This document shows, in pieces, positions 23,241 to 41,898 of a stretch of DNA of 64,000 nucleotides. The stretch's first letter is position 1. Every line of letters begins with the position of its first letter. Source of the DNA: the human T2T-CHM13v2.0 reference genome, Homo sapiens; NCBI RefSeq assembly GCF_009914755.1, contig NC_060930.1; one strand, given 5' to 3'. Made by a program: the position numbers and the translations under genes. The notes below the pieces were generated by a model. That model ran no database searches and was not told where the DNA came from. It saw only the letters and a program-made list of their open reading frames with translations.

Positions 23241-25716
23241 GCAAGAGAGGCTTCCTGCTCTGCATTGTGGCTTAATTATTGTTGAAATACCAGGCAAGAA
23301 AAGGTAGGATCCAGGGAAACAAATGTATCCAGGATGTTTTGGTCTGCCTTTTCTAGGAAAAAAGGAAACCCTCAAAGCCTCTGAGACTAGGTCACCCCAG
23401 TGGGACTAGAAGTTCCACGTGGAACCTTCTGCAAACTCCTCTGCAATAGATGGACTGTGCATTTTCCAAATGTGTCTTTACATCATCTCCTTTCTGACCT
23501 TGGGAAGATAGTAACTGACTGTGGAGTAGGAAATCCAGAACCCTGATTGTTTTAAAATATATTACAGATACAAGTAATGAAAAGAAGGCTCCTAAGGAAA
23601 ATATAGATCCGTAATGGCTTTGTCCCAAAAGCTATTAGGCTATAATATTTTATTACAAAGGCTATATTTATTACAAAATGTATTTAAATAAATACTTAAT
23701 ATTTATTTAAATAAATAATATTTATTTTATTATTAATAATTAATATTTAAATAAATATAATATTTCTTACAAAAATTAAAAACTGGGACTTTATATTTAA
23801 AGGTGAGACATTAAATTCTTTTTAAAAAGTGCACATGTAAGATTTTTTTCTCAAGTCAACTGAACCAGTTCATCAGTTTCACTATGAATGTGTTGATGCA
23901 CCAAGTATTTACTTTCTAGAACATCTAGTAGACGTCACTAAAAAATTATACCAAGTTGAAAAATGTCACTGAATCAGAGGCATGTGGTTGGTTATGTAGT
24001 CATCTGTGCCAGCTGGGAATATAGCAATACCAAATGAACAGCACTGCCATGTTCCCTTGCTGGGTTCCAGCAAAAACACTCATCTTCACTGTCGTCTCTC
24101 TTTGAGACCTCTTAGAGAGGACTTTGATGAGTGTATGGTCTTATACACACTAGTCTAACAATACACATTTGCTCAAGGATTGGGTTACGAGCAGGCTCTT
24201 CACCTTTCAGGTGAACAATTACACATCAGGAGAAGGATGGAAGTTTCCTATCTATGAACAAATATTTCCCAAAGCAATAATCTCTTTATTCAACTCACGT
24301 AATGAGAAGTCAGTTCCTCTGTGCCATAAAGCAATCTCTTTGAAGTCTTCAGTAATGTTGAGGGTTTTAATGTTGAGGGCTTTATCAAACTAAACATTCA
24401 AGTGTCTTAGGCTTTCCCCTTAGTTCTTTGAGCAAATTGGTTGCTATGAAGTATGTTAGTGTTCCGAATGAATGGATAGCATGATGGGGGATGTCTAGGT
24501 GGTTCCAGAATTTAGATTGTGGTTTCCATAACAAAGTGTGGCAGTATTGGCATTAGGGAAGAGAAATGACTTCTAAATAACTTCTCAAAGTTTACTAAAG
24601 CCTTAAGAATGTAGGAAATGGCCACAAAAGGAGGTATACAAAACATTCCTCTGTCTTTATTCCTCTTTATACAAACGTATTCACTTTCCCATCAGCAAGT
24701 CATAAAATACTTCTCATCTTGCATTACAGTAGGACACCTACTATAACAATAGGCTACAAAATGTATAATGGCTCAAACACCTAGCAGTTTATTTCTTATT
24801 TACTTAACAATGCTGGGTCCACGAACATGTTGATATCATAACCCTCTTTTATGTGGTCACTCAGGGACTCAGGCTGTTGAGGGCTCTGTCATCATGAATG
24901 GGTGGCTTCCAAGGTCATCCTAAGAGTTATCTCCATTCTAACCAGTCCAGCCAGAAAGGCAGAACAGGCTTGGAGGAGCAAAGATATCCATGGATAGATC
25001 ATCCTCTTAAAGTCATTGTAGCATTGTGATAGGGCTCTTTTCACAAAACAAGGATACAATCCATGTTTTCAAGATTTTACATTTTAGTAGCCACAATACA
25101 AAGAAGCTAAGATAGTCTTGTGATTTGTCATCATGGCTGTTAATGGAGAGTGTTTTAAAAGCACTGATATCAGGGCTCCACCCTCAGCTTCCAATCATCA
25201 GGTTTGGATGGAACCTGACAGCTGCATCTTGTAAAACTCCACGGGAGATTCTGAGAGACAGCCAAGTTTGAGATTCACAAACCTTAAGAGAAAAAATCTC
25301 CTTGAATTGCCATAACAAACTACCAGTCTAATAAAACATACATATTCCTTTGACTACTCTTAAATGAAACAAATAGGTAATAATTTACCTGTACATATAA
25401 TTAAAAATGTAATGTATTTTATAACCATCATATAAAGGAGAAATTATATTAAACTATATTAAAATAAAATGATATATATTTCAATGCAGATGCCCAAGCT
25501 TGACTAAAGTAGGAAACATAATAAAGTAATAAAATGCTTATATGTACTTATAATGAATGTTTGGCTATGAGAAGATGATCAGAGGCTTTTTGTCCAAGAA
25601 GTACAGGCATATGAAAAAGTAGAGCAAGAGATGGACACCAGACTGAGAAAACTAAAAACTAACCAACCTATTTGTGTATGATAAAAGGAGAGAAAAAAAA
25701 TTGATTAGTAAAAATA

Positions 25717-26139
25717 TGCTACCGTGTGGTCTGAATGTTTGTCCCTTCCAAAACTCATGTTGAAATTTAATCCCCCATGTGGCAGTATTGAGAAGTGGGA
25801 CCTTTAAGAGGTGATTGGTTCAAGAAGATTCTGCGCTCATGAGTGGTTGAAACCATTCACGGAATAACGGGTTAATGGATCAATGAGTTATCCCAGGAGT
25901 GGGACTGGTAGCTTTATAAGAGAAGGAAGAGAGACCTGCGCTAGCACACTCAGCCTCCTTGCCATGTGAGCCATCTCGGGACCCCGCAGAGTCCCCAGCA
26001 GAAAGAAGGCCCTCACCCAATGTGTCCCCTTGACCTAGGATTTCTCAACCTCCATAACTGTAGGAAATGAATTCCTTTTCTTTGTAAATTATCCAGTTTC
26101 AGGTATTCTGTTATAAACAACAGAAAATGGGCTAAAACA
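25717..26139 (+). mobile_element. MST-family MaLR LTR (MSTC/MSTD-like)
   Basis: GGTCTGAATGTTTGTCCC..CCAAAACTCATGTTGAAATTTAATCCCC start and CAGGTATTCTGTTATA..CAACAGAAAATGG end. Confidence 0.8.
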
Positions 26140-26872
26140 CACGCCAAGAAAATTGAAAGACTGTGGAAGTGAAAGAAGAATAAAAAATGAAGTAATTTTG
26201 CAAATGAGTCTGGCTTTATTATAAGTGTATTGTCAAAGTGATTCCCTTTGTTATAAGATGAAAAAGAGCCAAAATGGATAGAAACATTTATCCTATCTTA
26301 ATATCCCACTACATTCAAGGCAAATATTCAGTCAGTCTCTAGAACTTAACAAGGCCTTGGAGATGATATCCTTTGGATGAGCAATGGAGAAGACAAGATG
26401 GATTGGAAAAAGAAACAAACAAACAAAAAAACATGTAAGAGGCTATCAGGAAAACTCTGGAGACGATGTCAATGTAAAACAGATACAAACCTCAAAATAA
26501 TTTTAATATGTACATTGCACAAAAATGGACTTCTTATCATGTTACAAATTTATTTTAAAACATATAGGAGGCAACAACAATATTTCATTGATGTGTACTA
26601 TTTTATAATTGTTGGCTCTAATTTTATTTAGTAGAGTCTTACATCTCCTCTCTACATATTTACATCCGGTTGTATTGTTTTTGTAGTACCTGTTCAACTG
26701 CACTGAAATCATTTCAATTAAATGCATGGTTGAAAAGCTGACATAATACATTCAATTGCCAAATTGCATAAAGTGAATAAGCTATTTAATAATTTGGAGA
26801 AAATATATTCCATTTAAACTTCCTTCTCTATAACCAGTTCATACACTGGACCTTTTGGGCACAGCCATGTGA

Positions 26873-27185
<313 letters not shown>

Positions 27186-30100
27186 ACTATAGATTTTTAT
27201 TTGTAGTAGATTTAGTTCAGTAGGGCATTTGAGAGGCATAGGAACTGGAACAAATCCTTCATTGTTTGGGACTGCCTTGCACATTGTAGGACATCCAGTA
27301 CAGTCCCTTCCACGAAGTGGCAGCAGCAGCCTCGGGCTGTCCAAACACCCTGTTAGGGACAGTGCCACTCCCGGAACCACAGAAGAACCACAATCATAGG
27401 AGAAGCATACAACAAACATGGTGTTCATCGGACGGTCAGCTTCAGTGGCACTTTTGAGCAAGCACACTATTTGGTTGTAGAATGAGTCCCTGGCAGGGCA
27501 CCCGAAAGGCTGATGTGTGACTCATCCCTAGTACCTCTGAGAATGCTGAAATCTCCTCCTTCTCCAAGCTGAGTGGCAGCTTTCTGGTCCAGACTACTTA
27601 AATTGTGACTTGAGGAATTTTCTTCACTTTTTCCTTTGAGTCATTCTGTTTTTGATCAAGATGCGATAGAATGAAGGATTCTTTCAGGGTCTGCTGTCAC
27701 ATCCTTCCTTTGGGAACAGATAGAAAATCTGGCCTGGCTTGAAGAGTTTGTCCTCAAACATCTGGTAAGCCATAGGCATCAGCATCTCTTACTTCTCCAG
27801 AGACATTTAGATGTGTCCCCCATCTCCATGGAGGCCCATGGCAAGGGGACCCCTAGTTGTACTAGAGCTTCCTTCTGGGCACAGCCACACTGCACAGGCA
27901 CTGCAGTGTACAGCACAGCTCCTCCAGCTTCCGGAAGACTCCATTATCTAGAAAAGTGCTGAGAAATGGAGAAGGGGGTTCCTCTGGGGTGGAGATGGAA
28001 AGAGGAAAAGGAAGGGAGAATGTCCAAGCAAAATGAGAGAAGGTGAGGGACAGCAGAATTGAGAGTGAGGGAGAGGGAGAGAGCAAGAGACTGGGTTGAG
28101 ATGTCTTGTACATGGGGGTGTCCTCGTGGCTTCACTCCCCTTTCGTTTGTACCACTCCGTTTCCCCAGACTCTTCCTAAATATCCCCTTATTGGCTACAA
28201 GATCCAGATTGCCTAGAAGCTCAGATTTGCTGACAGCACCTCAAGACTGGTTAATGACATATAGATTTTTTCTTGTTTCCATCTTTGGGATTTGGAGCAA
28301 TCTCCAGAGTTGCAAAAGCCTACCTTGTTGCAATAATATTTTTGAGGGTCCACACTGTCTGCTCACTTGCTCTATGCTGCTGGGCACAGTGGTGTGGCCA
28401 TCCAGGGTGGGAGAGACCACCTGGGATATGGAAATTACCAGCAGCCCTGTTTTGCTCTTGCAGTGGTTGCCAAAGCACACGAAGCATTCTGGGAATCTGA
28501 ATTTCTGTTGTTTCTCCCAAATGGCCCCTGAAGGGCAACAGGCAGCACACATGGACCACATTTTGCCAGAAAAGTCCAGAAAGAAGATGGCTGCTGTTGT
28601 CAACTATTGGCATTTCAACAGGACCTATTTTTATTTCTCAGTATATTTGCACAACTAGGAAGCATCTGCTGACAAGGATGAGATGATAAGCTGTATTGAT
28701 GCCAAAACAGGACTAGAAAAACAGGCTTGTTCTGCAAATGGCCTGCATCCTGAGAGTCCGTGTTAAGAACATTCTCTCTCTGCAGGCAATATCTGCTCTT
28801 AAAACATTAACACTTGAAAGGAAGTAAGGCTTGGAATCCTTAGCATAGTTATGCACACACTAGGTTCTCAGTAAGTGCATGCTGGATGAAGGAACCCACA
28901 CGCACCTTAAGGAGGATGGAACATTGGCAGCCCAAGAAAAAAGTCACTCCCCAGAGGCCGAGTGCCATGTCTTTGACCTCCATTGGCAAGGTCATGGTGA
29001 AATGCTGTCTCTTGGGGTCGCTGAGGTCCCAGCACGGTGTGCCTTCACACCGTGCAAACAATAAGAAGAGAAGAGAGGCACACATGTCACCTTTCCAGGC
29101 AGGGACATCCAAGCTGTTTGAGTCTCCATTCTGTGATTTCCTTGAACAAGAAAGGGATTATTGGTGAATGAGGCCAGCATCCTGGGTGGGAACAAAAAAG
29201 GAAATTGGTAGAAAGTACATCATCCAAGTTGGTCTAACTCAGCCCTGTGGCTTGGGCGGGTTCCTAGGATATCCAGCCGGAGGCAGAGGCTCTAGGGGAT
29301 GTGAGGCTGCACTGGGTATGATGACACAGAGGACTGTGAGAGGCAGAGAAAAGGGGAGAAGAGCTGAGGCCCTCCTAGCCCTAACCTCCCAGCTCACACC
29401 CTCTGCTATCTGCCACCTCCAGGCCAACACCACGGCCATGGGAGGTTTGCCCATTTTTCTGATAGACACATTCTTTCTCTACCAACAGCCCACATGGAAC
29501 ATAAGTGAAGTAATTCAGCAGTTTCCTTCTTAATCTGCTGTCTCTCTGCTGCTTACTCATTCTGTGCTGTTTGCTTTAGATCAAGGTGCCCCAGGGTACC
29601 AAAAGCTACATTATCCTATTCAACTGCATGGAAACCAAGATCCCGACCATTCTGGTTTGTTGTTATTGTTACGTTAGTTTTAAACCTTAGCCATTTTCCA
29701 TTCTGGGCAGTTACAACTCTGTTTACTATGAGTTCCTCTGTGTAGATGTTTCTCCCATACCCGACCTACAAACTGCTACGTGAGCAGTAACTTGTCACCA
29801 TGTTATCCGCATAAAGTCAGGGATTGATAAACTTGGGAGCCTTTAGCTCTTGAAGGTGCTGATGAGGAAGGGGAGAGGGGAGGAGAAGGAATTTGTTTGT
29901 GAGATGGTCAGTGGGCTGAATAGTGGTATGACCAAAAAGTGTTACTATAAATACACATAATCTGGAAAACAAAAATACTGTCATCTCCTCCCTGCAAGGC
30001 GCTGTGATTAGGCAGGATGGAGCTTATTGCTGCAGTGTTAGAAAATGCATCCTTGTAGTCCCAAAAAAGCCTGTTCCATCCTGCCCATCTCTTGTTCTCA

Positions 30101-30304
30101 ATACTTCTTACTTCACGGTCACTCATTTTCTTCCTGTCCTTGGGTTGAGGTCTCAACTTCTTGTAATAGAATTTTTTCAGTTATAAGCGACAGAAATCCA
30201 ACTCACACTATCTTAAGCAAAAAGGGGATTCACTGATACGTGTGTTAGGAAGGATATATGAAAGCTCAAAGGTCAAGTGAAAAAAATGTAAGAACGAAGA
30301 CCTT

Positions 30305-30605
30305 GGTGGGGTGTGGTGGCTCACGCCTATCATCCCAGCATTTTGGGAGGCCGAGGCAGGTGGGTCACAAGGTCAGGAGTTCAAGACCAGCCTGCCCAAG
30401 ATGGCGAAACCCCATCTCTACTAAAAACACAAAAATTAGCCGGGTGTGGTGGCAGGCTCGTGTATTCCCAGCTACTTGGGAGGCTGAGGCAGAGAACTGT
30501 TTAAACCTGGGAGGCAGAGGTTGCAGTGAGTTGAGATGTGCCACTGCACTCCAGCCTGGGCGGCAGAGTGAGACTCTGTCTCAAAAAAAAAACAAAAAAA
30601 AAAAA
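30305..30605 (+). mobile_element. AluSg-like
   Basis: Full dimer with CCAAGATGG and the 2-nt left-arm deletion; TSD AAGACCTTG. Confidence 0.9.
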
Positions 30606-30638
30606 CTAAGACCTTGTGACTACTACCTACTACCTGGA

Positions 30639-30678
<40 letters not shown>
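30639..30678. repeat. (CT)n microsatellite
   Basis: Direct read. Confidence 0.95.
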
Positions 30679-31658
30679 ACCCCCCCACACTATCACCTCT
30701 CCTTGTTGTCAGTAGTTTCCTTTCTGCAGACAGGAGTTCCATGTGCTGGGAAGAGGGCCATTCAGAGCCTCGTATTCTCATCCTCTCAGTTTAGCAATGC
30801 GAGAAGAAAAAACTTTTGTCTCACAACCTCATATACAATCTCAGAAATAGGCTCTTATTTTCTGGCTTGAGGCTGTCCAGAGGCACCAGGCACTGTGATG
30901 GTCTCACTTTCTGTCCTGGATCTATCTGTGGGGCCCAGACAGCAGGATCTATTTCAGAAAATAGGCGAGAGAGGAAAAACTTATGTGGCCGTAAAAAACA
31001 GCGGTTTTCAAGTGGCCTATCCCCATCCACATCATAAACTTTTCTGCTGAGGCTTAAAAGTGCTTAGACTTCAAACTTGATCTAAAACAGAAATCCTACC
31101 TGGAAAAATCACCTTCCAGTCACTTAGCCAATCGCTCATCACTCTCTGTCTCTGAATCTCACCACGAGTTTCACACGTCTCCCGAGAGAGCGTCTCCTTT
31201 ATCATTACCACATGTGGAGTCAGCAGATTGGGTTTCATCTAAGCTCTGCCTACCTACTATCCGAGTTCCCTAGCAGGTTAGTGACTTTCTCTGCCTTTTT
31301 GTTTCTTGATGTGAAAAGGAACAACAGTGGCTGCTCACAGGGTTGTCAGTTACATGGTCAATTACATTACATGGACAATTCATGATGGTGTCAGACCTGT
31401 CTGAGAAAAGGTGGCCCATGTTACCATGACAGGCCCCAAGGCTAACAGCCCCTTTCTGGGTCATGGCTCATACAAAGGAGCCCTCCTTGGTTTGCTGGTG
31501 CTCTGAGACTTGCAAATGCATTAGGAATTTTACACTGTAACCCGGTTTTAAATGGGTCCAGAGCATCCCCATTGCTAGACTACTGTGCTGAGGAAGGGCA
31601 CTGGCTCATTGTTACATCCCATGAACACTCTGGGTCTCCTAGACCTCATCCTCTTTGA

Positions 31659-36274
<4,616 letters not shown>

Positions 36275-38190
36275 GAGCTCCCTGGCTCCCACACGGTTCA
36301 GATAATCCCTGCTGCATTTTACCCTCATCATGCACCACTTTAGCCAAATTCTGTCTCCTGCATACACTCCGGCATGCATCCAACACCAATGGCTTTCTAG
36401 ATGAGTGGCCATTCATTTGCTTGCTCAGTTCTTAGTGGCACATCTTCTGTCTTCTGTTGGGAACAGCCAAAGGGATTCCAAGGCTAAATCTTTGTAACAG
36501 CTCTCTTTCCCCCTTGCTATGTTACTAAGCGTGAGGATTCCCGTAGCTCTTCACAGCTGAACTCAGTCTATGGGTTGGGGCTCAGATAACTCTGTGCATT
36601 TAAGCTACTTGTAGAGACCCAGGCCTGGAGAGTAGACATTTTGCCTCTGATAAGCACTTTTTAAATGGCTCTAAGAATAAGCCACAGCAAAGAATTTAAA
36701 GTGGCTCCTTTAATTGGTGACTTGGAGAAAGCTAGGTCAAGGGTTTATTATAGCACCCTCTTGTATTCCTATGGCAATGCATCCTTTTATGAAAGTGGTA
36801 CACCTTAAAGCTTTTATATGACTGTAGCAGAGTATCTGGTGATTGTCAATTCATTCCCCCTATAGGAATACAAGGGGCACACAGGGAAGGCAGATCCCCT
36901 AGTTGGCAAGACTATTTTAACTTGATACACTGCAGATTCAGATGTGCTGAAAGCTCTGCCTCTGGCTTTCCGGTCATGGGTTCCAGTTAATTCATGCCTC
37001 CCATGGACCTATGGAGAGCAGCAAGTTGATCTTAGTTAAGTCTCCCTATATGAGGGATAAGTTCCTGATTTTTGTTTTTATTTTTGTGTTACAAAAGAAA
37101 GCCCTCCCTCCCTGAACTTGCAGTAAGGTCAGCTTCAGGACCTGTTCCAGTGGGCACTGTACTTGGATCTTCCCGGCGTGTGTGTGCCTTACACAGGGGT
37201 GAACTGTTCACTGTGGTGATGCATGATGAGGGTAAATGGTAGTTGAAAGGAGCAGGGGCCCTGGTGTTGCATTTAGCCCTGGGGCATGGAGCTGAACAGT
37301 ACTTGTGCAGGATTGTTGTGGCTACTAGAGAACAAGAGGGAAAGTAGGGCAGAAACTGGATACAGTTCTGAGGCACAGCCAGACTTGCTCAGGGTGGCCC
37401 TGCCACAGGCTGCAGCTACCTAGGAACATTCCTTGCAGACCCCGCATTGCCCTTTGGGGGTGCCCTGGGATCCCTGGGGTAGTCCAGCTCTTCTTCATTT
37501 CCCAGCGTGGCCCTGGTTGGAAGAAGCAGCTGTCACAGCTGCTGTAGACAGCTGTGTTCCTACAATTGGCCCAGCACCCTGGGGCACGGGAGAAGGGTGG
37601 GGACCGTTGCTGTCACTACTCAGGCTGACTGGGGCCTGGTCAGATTACGTATGCCCTTGGTGGTTTAGAGATAATCCAAAATCAGGGTTTGGTTTGGGGA
37701 AGAAAATCCTCCCCCTTCCTCCCCCGCCCCGTTCCCTACCGCCTCCACTCCTGCCAGCTCATTTCCTTCAATTTCCTTTGACCTATAGGCTAAAAAAGAA
37801 AGGCTCATTCCAGCCACAGGGCAGCCTTCCCTGGGCCTTTGCTTCTCTAGCACAATTATGGGTTACTTCCTTTTTCTTAACAAAAAAGAATGTTTGATTT
37901 CCTCTGGGTGACCTTATTGTCTGTAATTGAAACCCTATTGAGAGGTGATGTCTGTGTTAGCCAATGACCCAGGTGAGCTGCTCGGGCTTCTCTTGGTATG
38001 TCTTGTTTGGAAAAGTGGATTTCATTCATTTCTGATTGTCCAGTTAAGTGATCACCAAAGGACTGAGAATCTGGGAGGGCAAAAAAAAAAAAAAAGTTTT
38101 TATGTGCACTTAAATTTGGGGACAATTTTATGTATCTGTGTTAAGGATATGTTTAAGAACATAATTCTTTTGTTGCTGTTTGTTTAAGAA

Positions 38191-38893
38191 GCACCTTAGT
38201 TTGTTTAAGAAGCACCTTATATAGTATAATATATATTTTTTTGAAATTACATTGCTTGTTTATCAGACAATTGAATGTAGTAATTCTGTTCTGGATTTAA
38301 TTTGACTGGGTTAACATGCAAAAACCAAGGAAAAATATTTAGTTTTTTTTTTTTTTTTTGTATACTTTTCAAGCTACCTTGTCATGTATACAGTCATTTA
38401 TGCCTAAAGCCTGGTGATTATTCATTTAAATGAAGATCACATTTCATATCAACTTTTGTATCCACAGTAGACAAAATAGCACTAATCCAGATGCCTATTG
38501 TTGGATATTGAATGACAGACAATCTTATGTAGCAAAGATTATGCCTGAAAAGGAAAATTATTCAGGGCAGCTAATTTTGCTTTTACCAAAATATCAGTAG
38601 TAATATTTTTGGACAGTAGCTAATGGGTCAGTGGGTTCTTTTTAATGTTTATACTTAGATTTTCTTTTAAAAAAATTAAAATAAAACAAAAAAAAATTTC
38701 TAGGACTAGACGATGTAATACCAGCTAAAGCCAAACAATTATACAGTGGAAGGTTTTACATTATTCATCCAATGTGTTTCTATTCATGTTAAGATACTAC
38801 TACATTTGAAGTGGGCAGAGAACATCAGATGATTGAAATGTTCGCCCAGGGGTCTCCAGCAACTTTGGAAATCTCTTTGTATTTTTACTTGAA
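38191..38893 (+). promoter_or_regulatory. Cluster of miRNA 8mer seed matches in the ESR1 3'UTR
   Basis: miR-18 GCACCTTA at 38191-38198 and 38212-38219; miR-181 TGAATGTA 38272-38279; miR-221/222 ATGTAGCA 38527-38534; miR-22 GGCAGCTA 38566-38573; miR-26 TACTTGAA 38886-38893. Confidence 0.8.
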
Positions 38894-40038
38894 GTGCCAC
38901 TAATGGACAGCAGATATTTTCTGGCTGATGTTGGTATTGGGTGTAGGAACATGATTTAAAAAAAAACTCTTGCCTCTGCTTTCCCCCACTCTGAGGCAAG
39001 TTAAAATGTAAAAGATGTGATTTATCTGGGGGGCTCAGGTATGGTGGGGAAGTGGATTCAGGAATCTGGGGAATGGCAAATATATTAAGAAGAGTATTGA
39101 AAGTATTTGGAGGAAAATGGTTAATTCTGGGTGTGCACCAGGGTTCAGTAGAGTCCACTTCTGCCCTGGAGACCACAAATCAACTAGCTCCATTTACAGC
39201 CATTTCTAAAATGGCAGCTTCAGTTCTAGAGAAGAAAGAACAACATCAGCAGTAAAGTCCATGGAATAGCTAGTGGTCTGTGTTTCTTTTCGCCATTGCC
39301 TAGCTTGCCGTAATGATTCTATAATGCCATCATGCAGCAATTATGAGAGGCTAGGTCATCCAAAGAGAAGACCCTATCAATGTAGGTTGCAAAATCTAAC
39401 CCCTAAGGAAGTGCAGTCTTTGATTTGATTTCCCTAGTAACCTTGCAGATATGTTTAACCAAGCCATAGCCCATGCCTTTTGAGGGCTGAACAAATAAGG
39501 GACTTACTGATAATTTACTTTTGATCACATTAAGGTGTTCTCACCTTGAAATCTTATACACTGAAATGGCCATTGATTTAGGCCACTGGCTTAGAGTACT
39601 CCTTCCCCTGCATGACACTGATTACAAATACTTTCCTATTCATACTTTCCAATTATGAGATGGACTGTGGGTACTGGGAGTGATCACTAACACCATAGTA
39701 ATGTCTAATATTCACAGGCAGATCTGCTTGGGGAAGCTAGTTATGTGAAAGGCAAATAGAGTCATACAGTAGCTCAAAAGGCAACCATAATTCTCTTTGG
39801 TGCAGGTCTTGGGAGCGTGATCTAGATTACACTGCACCATTCCCAAGTTAATCCCCTGAAAACTTACTCTCAACTGGAGCAAATGAACTTTGGTCCCAAA
39901 TATCCATCTTTTCAGTAGCGTTAATTATGCTCTGTTTCCAACTGCATTTCCTTTCCAATTGAATTAAAGTGTGGCCTCGTTTTTAGTCATTTAAAATTGT
40001 TTTCTAAGTAATTGCTGCCTCTATTATGGCACTTCAAT

Positions 40039-40047
40039 TTTGCACTG
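40039..40047 (+). promoter_or_regulatory. Overlapping seed matches for miR-19, miR-130/301 and miR-148/152
   Basis: TTTGCACTG contains TTTGCAC, TTGCACT and TGCACTG. Confidence 0.65.
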
Positions 40048-40563
40048 TCTTTTGAGATTCAAGAAAAATTTCTATTCTTTTTTTTGCATCCAATTGTGCC
40101 TGAACTTTTAAAATATGTAAATGCTGCCATGTTCCAAACCCATCGTCAGTGTGTGTGTTTAGAGCTGTGCACCCTAGAAACAACATATTGTCCCATGAGC
40201 AGGTGCCTGAGACACAGACCCCTTTGCATTCACAGAGAGGTCATTGGTTATAGAGACTTGAATTAATAAGTGACATTATGCCAGTTTCTGTTCTCTCACA
40301 GGTGATAAACAATGCTTTTTGTGCACTACATACTCTTCAGTGTAGAGCTCTTGTTTTATGGGAAAAGGCTCAAATGCCAAATTGTGTTTGATGGATTAAT
40401 ATGCCCTTTTGCCGATGCATACTATTACTGATGTGACTCGGTTTTGTCGCAGCTTTGCTTTGTTTAATGAAACACACTTGTAAACCTCTTTTGCACTTTG
40501 AAAAAGAATCCAGCGGGATGCTCGAGCACCTGTAAACAATTTTCTCAACCTATTTGATGTTCA

Positions 40564-40603
40564 AATAAAGAATTAAACTAAAGACAACGAGTTTGTTTTT
40601 TGT
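40564..40603 (+). terminator. ESR1: ESR1 major polyadenylation signal
   Basis: AATAAA 40564-40569, ATTAAA 40572-40577, downstream GU/U-rich element gtttgttttttgt at ~40591-40603. Confidence 0.9.
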
Positions 40604-41898
40604 AAGCTCCACTTCTTGCTAGCAGTTCACCACTGATCCTCTAAAATCAAGGTGGTTAAACGATCTGTCACACACAGTGAGTCTGAATGCTAAAGCCTCT
40701 CCTCACCTCACTCCCTCTGCCCAACACCCCCAGGTGTATCAGGAAGTGTGTGGACACTGTGGTCAGGCAGAACTGGCCTCAATTCTTGGCTTCACCACTT
40801 ACAAATTTTATGATCATTGGCAGTTGATTTTTCAGAGTTTCGGCTTCCTTATCAACAATATGATGATAAGTAATAACACCTAATTCACACGATGGTGGTG
40901 AGGACTAACTGAGGTGCTCATTAAACATAGTTGCTGTTTTTTAATGCCTGGCCCAAATCCTTCCCTGTGAGGGAGAAGAAGGATGCTTGAGAGTGGTTAT
41001 TTATGAATGAATGAGTGAATGGAAGAATGAGTGATCTGAAATGATATAATTAGCTTAAAAACCTCTCCCTCATTCTGAAGGTAAAGCAGGAACAATTGGT
41101 CCACCCCCACCCCAGGTTTCCATTTCAGGACTCCCTTCCCTTTTTGGAGCTACCTGCGTGCTTCCTTTACCCATTTTCTCAGATTTAACTGATGAATTGG
41201 GAGGGGGTGGGTATAGGACTTACTGAGATGCAACATAATATTCACACAGGCTCTGCAGCTAGATTACTGTTTGAATCTTCATTCTACCTTTTTTTTTTTT
41301 TTTTTTTTTGCATCACCTTGGGCAAGTTGAGTTCCCTGGGCCTCAGTTTCTTGACTTATAAAGAGAGATGACAGTGCATCTGCCTGGAAGGGTTCTTTTA
41401 TGAAGACCACATGGTTCGCTCATGGAGAGTATGGAAGGACCGTGGCTGACACTGCTTCTCCCTCTCCAGAGTCTTCCGAAACTGCACGTTGGACTCATTT
41501 CTTTATTAGGATGGGTTGAGGGTCTTCTCATTGTTTGAGTCACATGGATTTCAGGAAACTAATTCATTTTCTTGTCCAAGCATTCCCTTGGCAAGTTCTT
41601 CAATCCCTGTTTTCAATGGTTTCCTCATTTCTAAAATAGAAACAAGAATAGCACTTACCCTATAGCAGTACTGTGAAGATTACAAGACTGGACATGTGAA
41701 GTGCCCAGGATAGTACCACACATAGTCAGCACTCAATCCACATTAGCTATTTTTGTCACAATTATTGTTGCCCTGTCTGAGCATCTACATTTAATAGAAT
41801 GATGGATATGTTTAGATTTACATTTTTCACGTTATTATCGTTTTGTACATGCCTCCTGTCTTTGTTCCTCTGTTCTTACTGCCTTTCGTTGTTTTAGT

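Larger units (their letters stand above)
36275..40582 (+). other. ESR1: ESR1 3'UTR (~4.3 kb)
   Basis: Runs from the stop codon to the AATAAA/ATTAAA pair at 40564-40577. No obvious interspersed repeats; many miRNA seed matches. Confidence 0.93.

Noticed and set aside
28059-28658. 199-aa plus-strand ORF in intron 6
   Set aside because: Non-ATG start in a GA-rich tract, no recognisable homology, and overlapping chance ORFs on the other strand.
30258-30794. 178-aa ORF and similar ORFs at 4838, 42749, 43063, 52003 and 61329
   Set aside because: Translations of Alu sequence.
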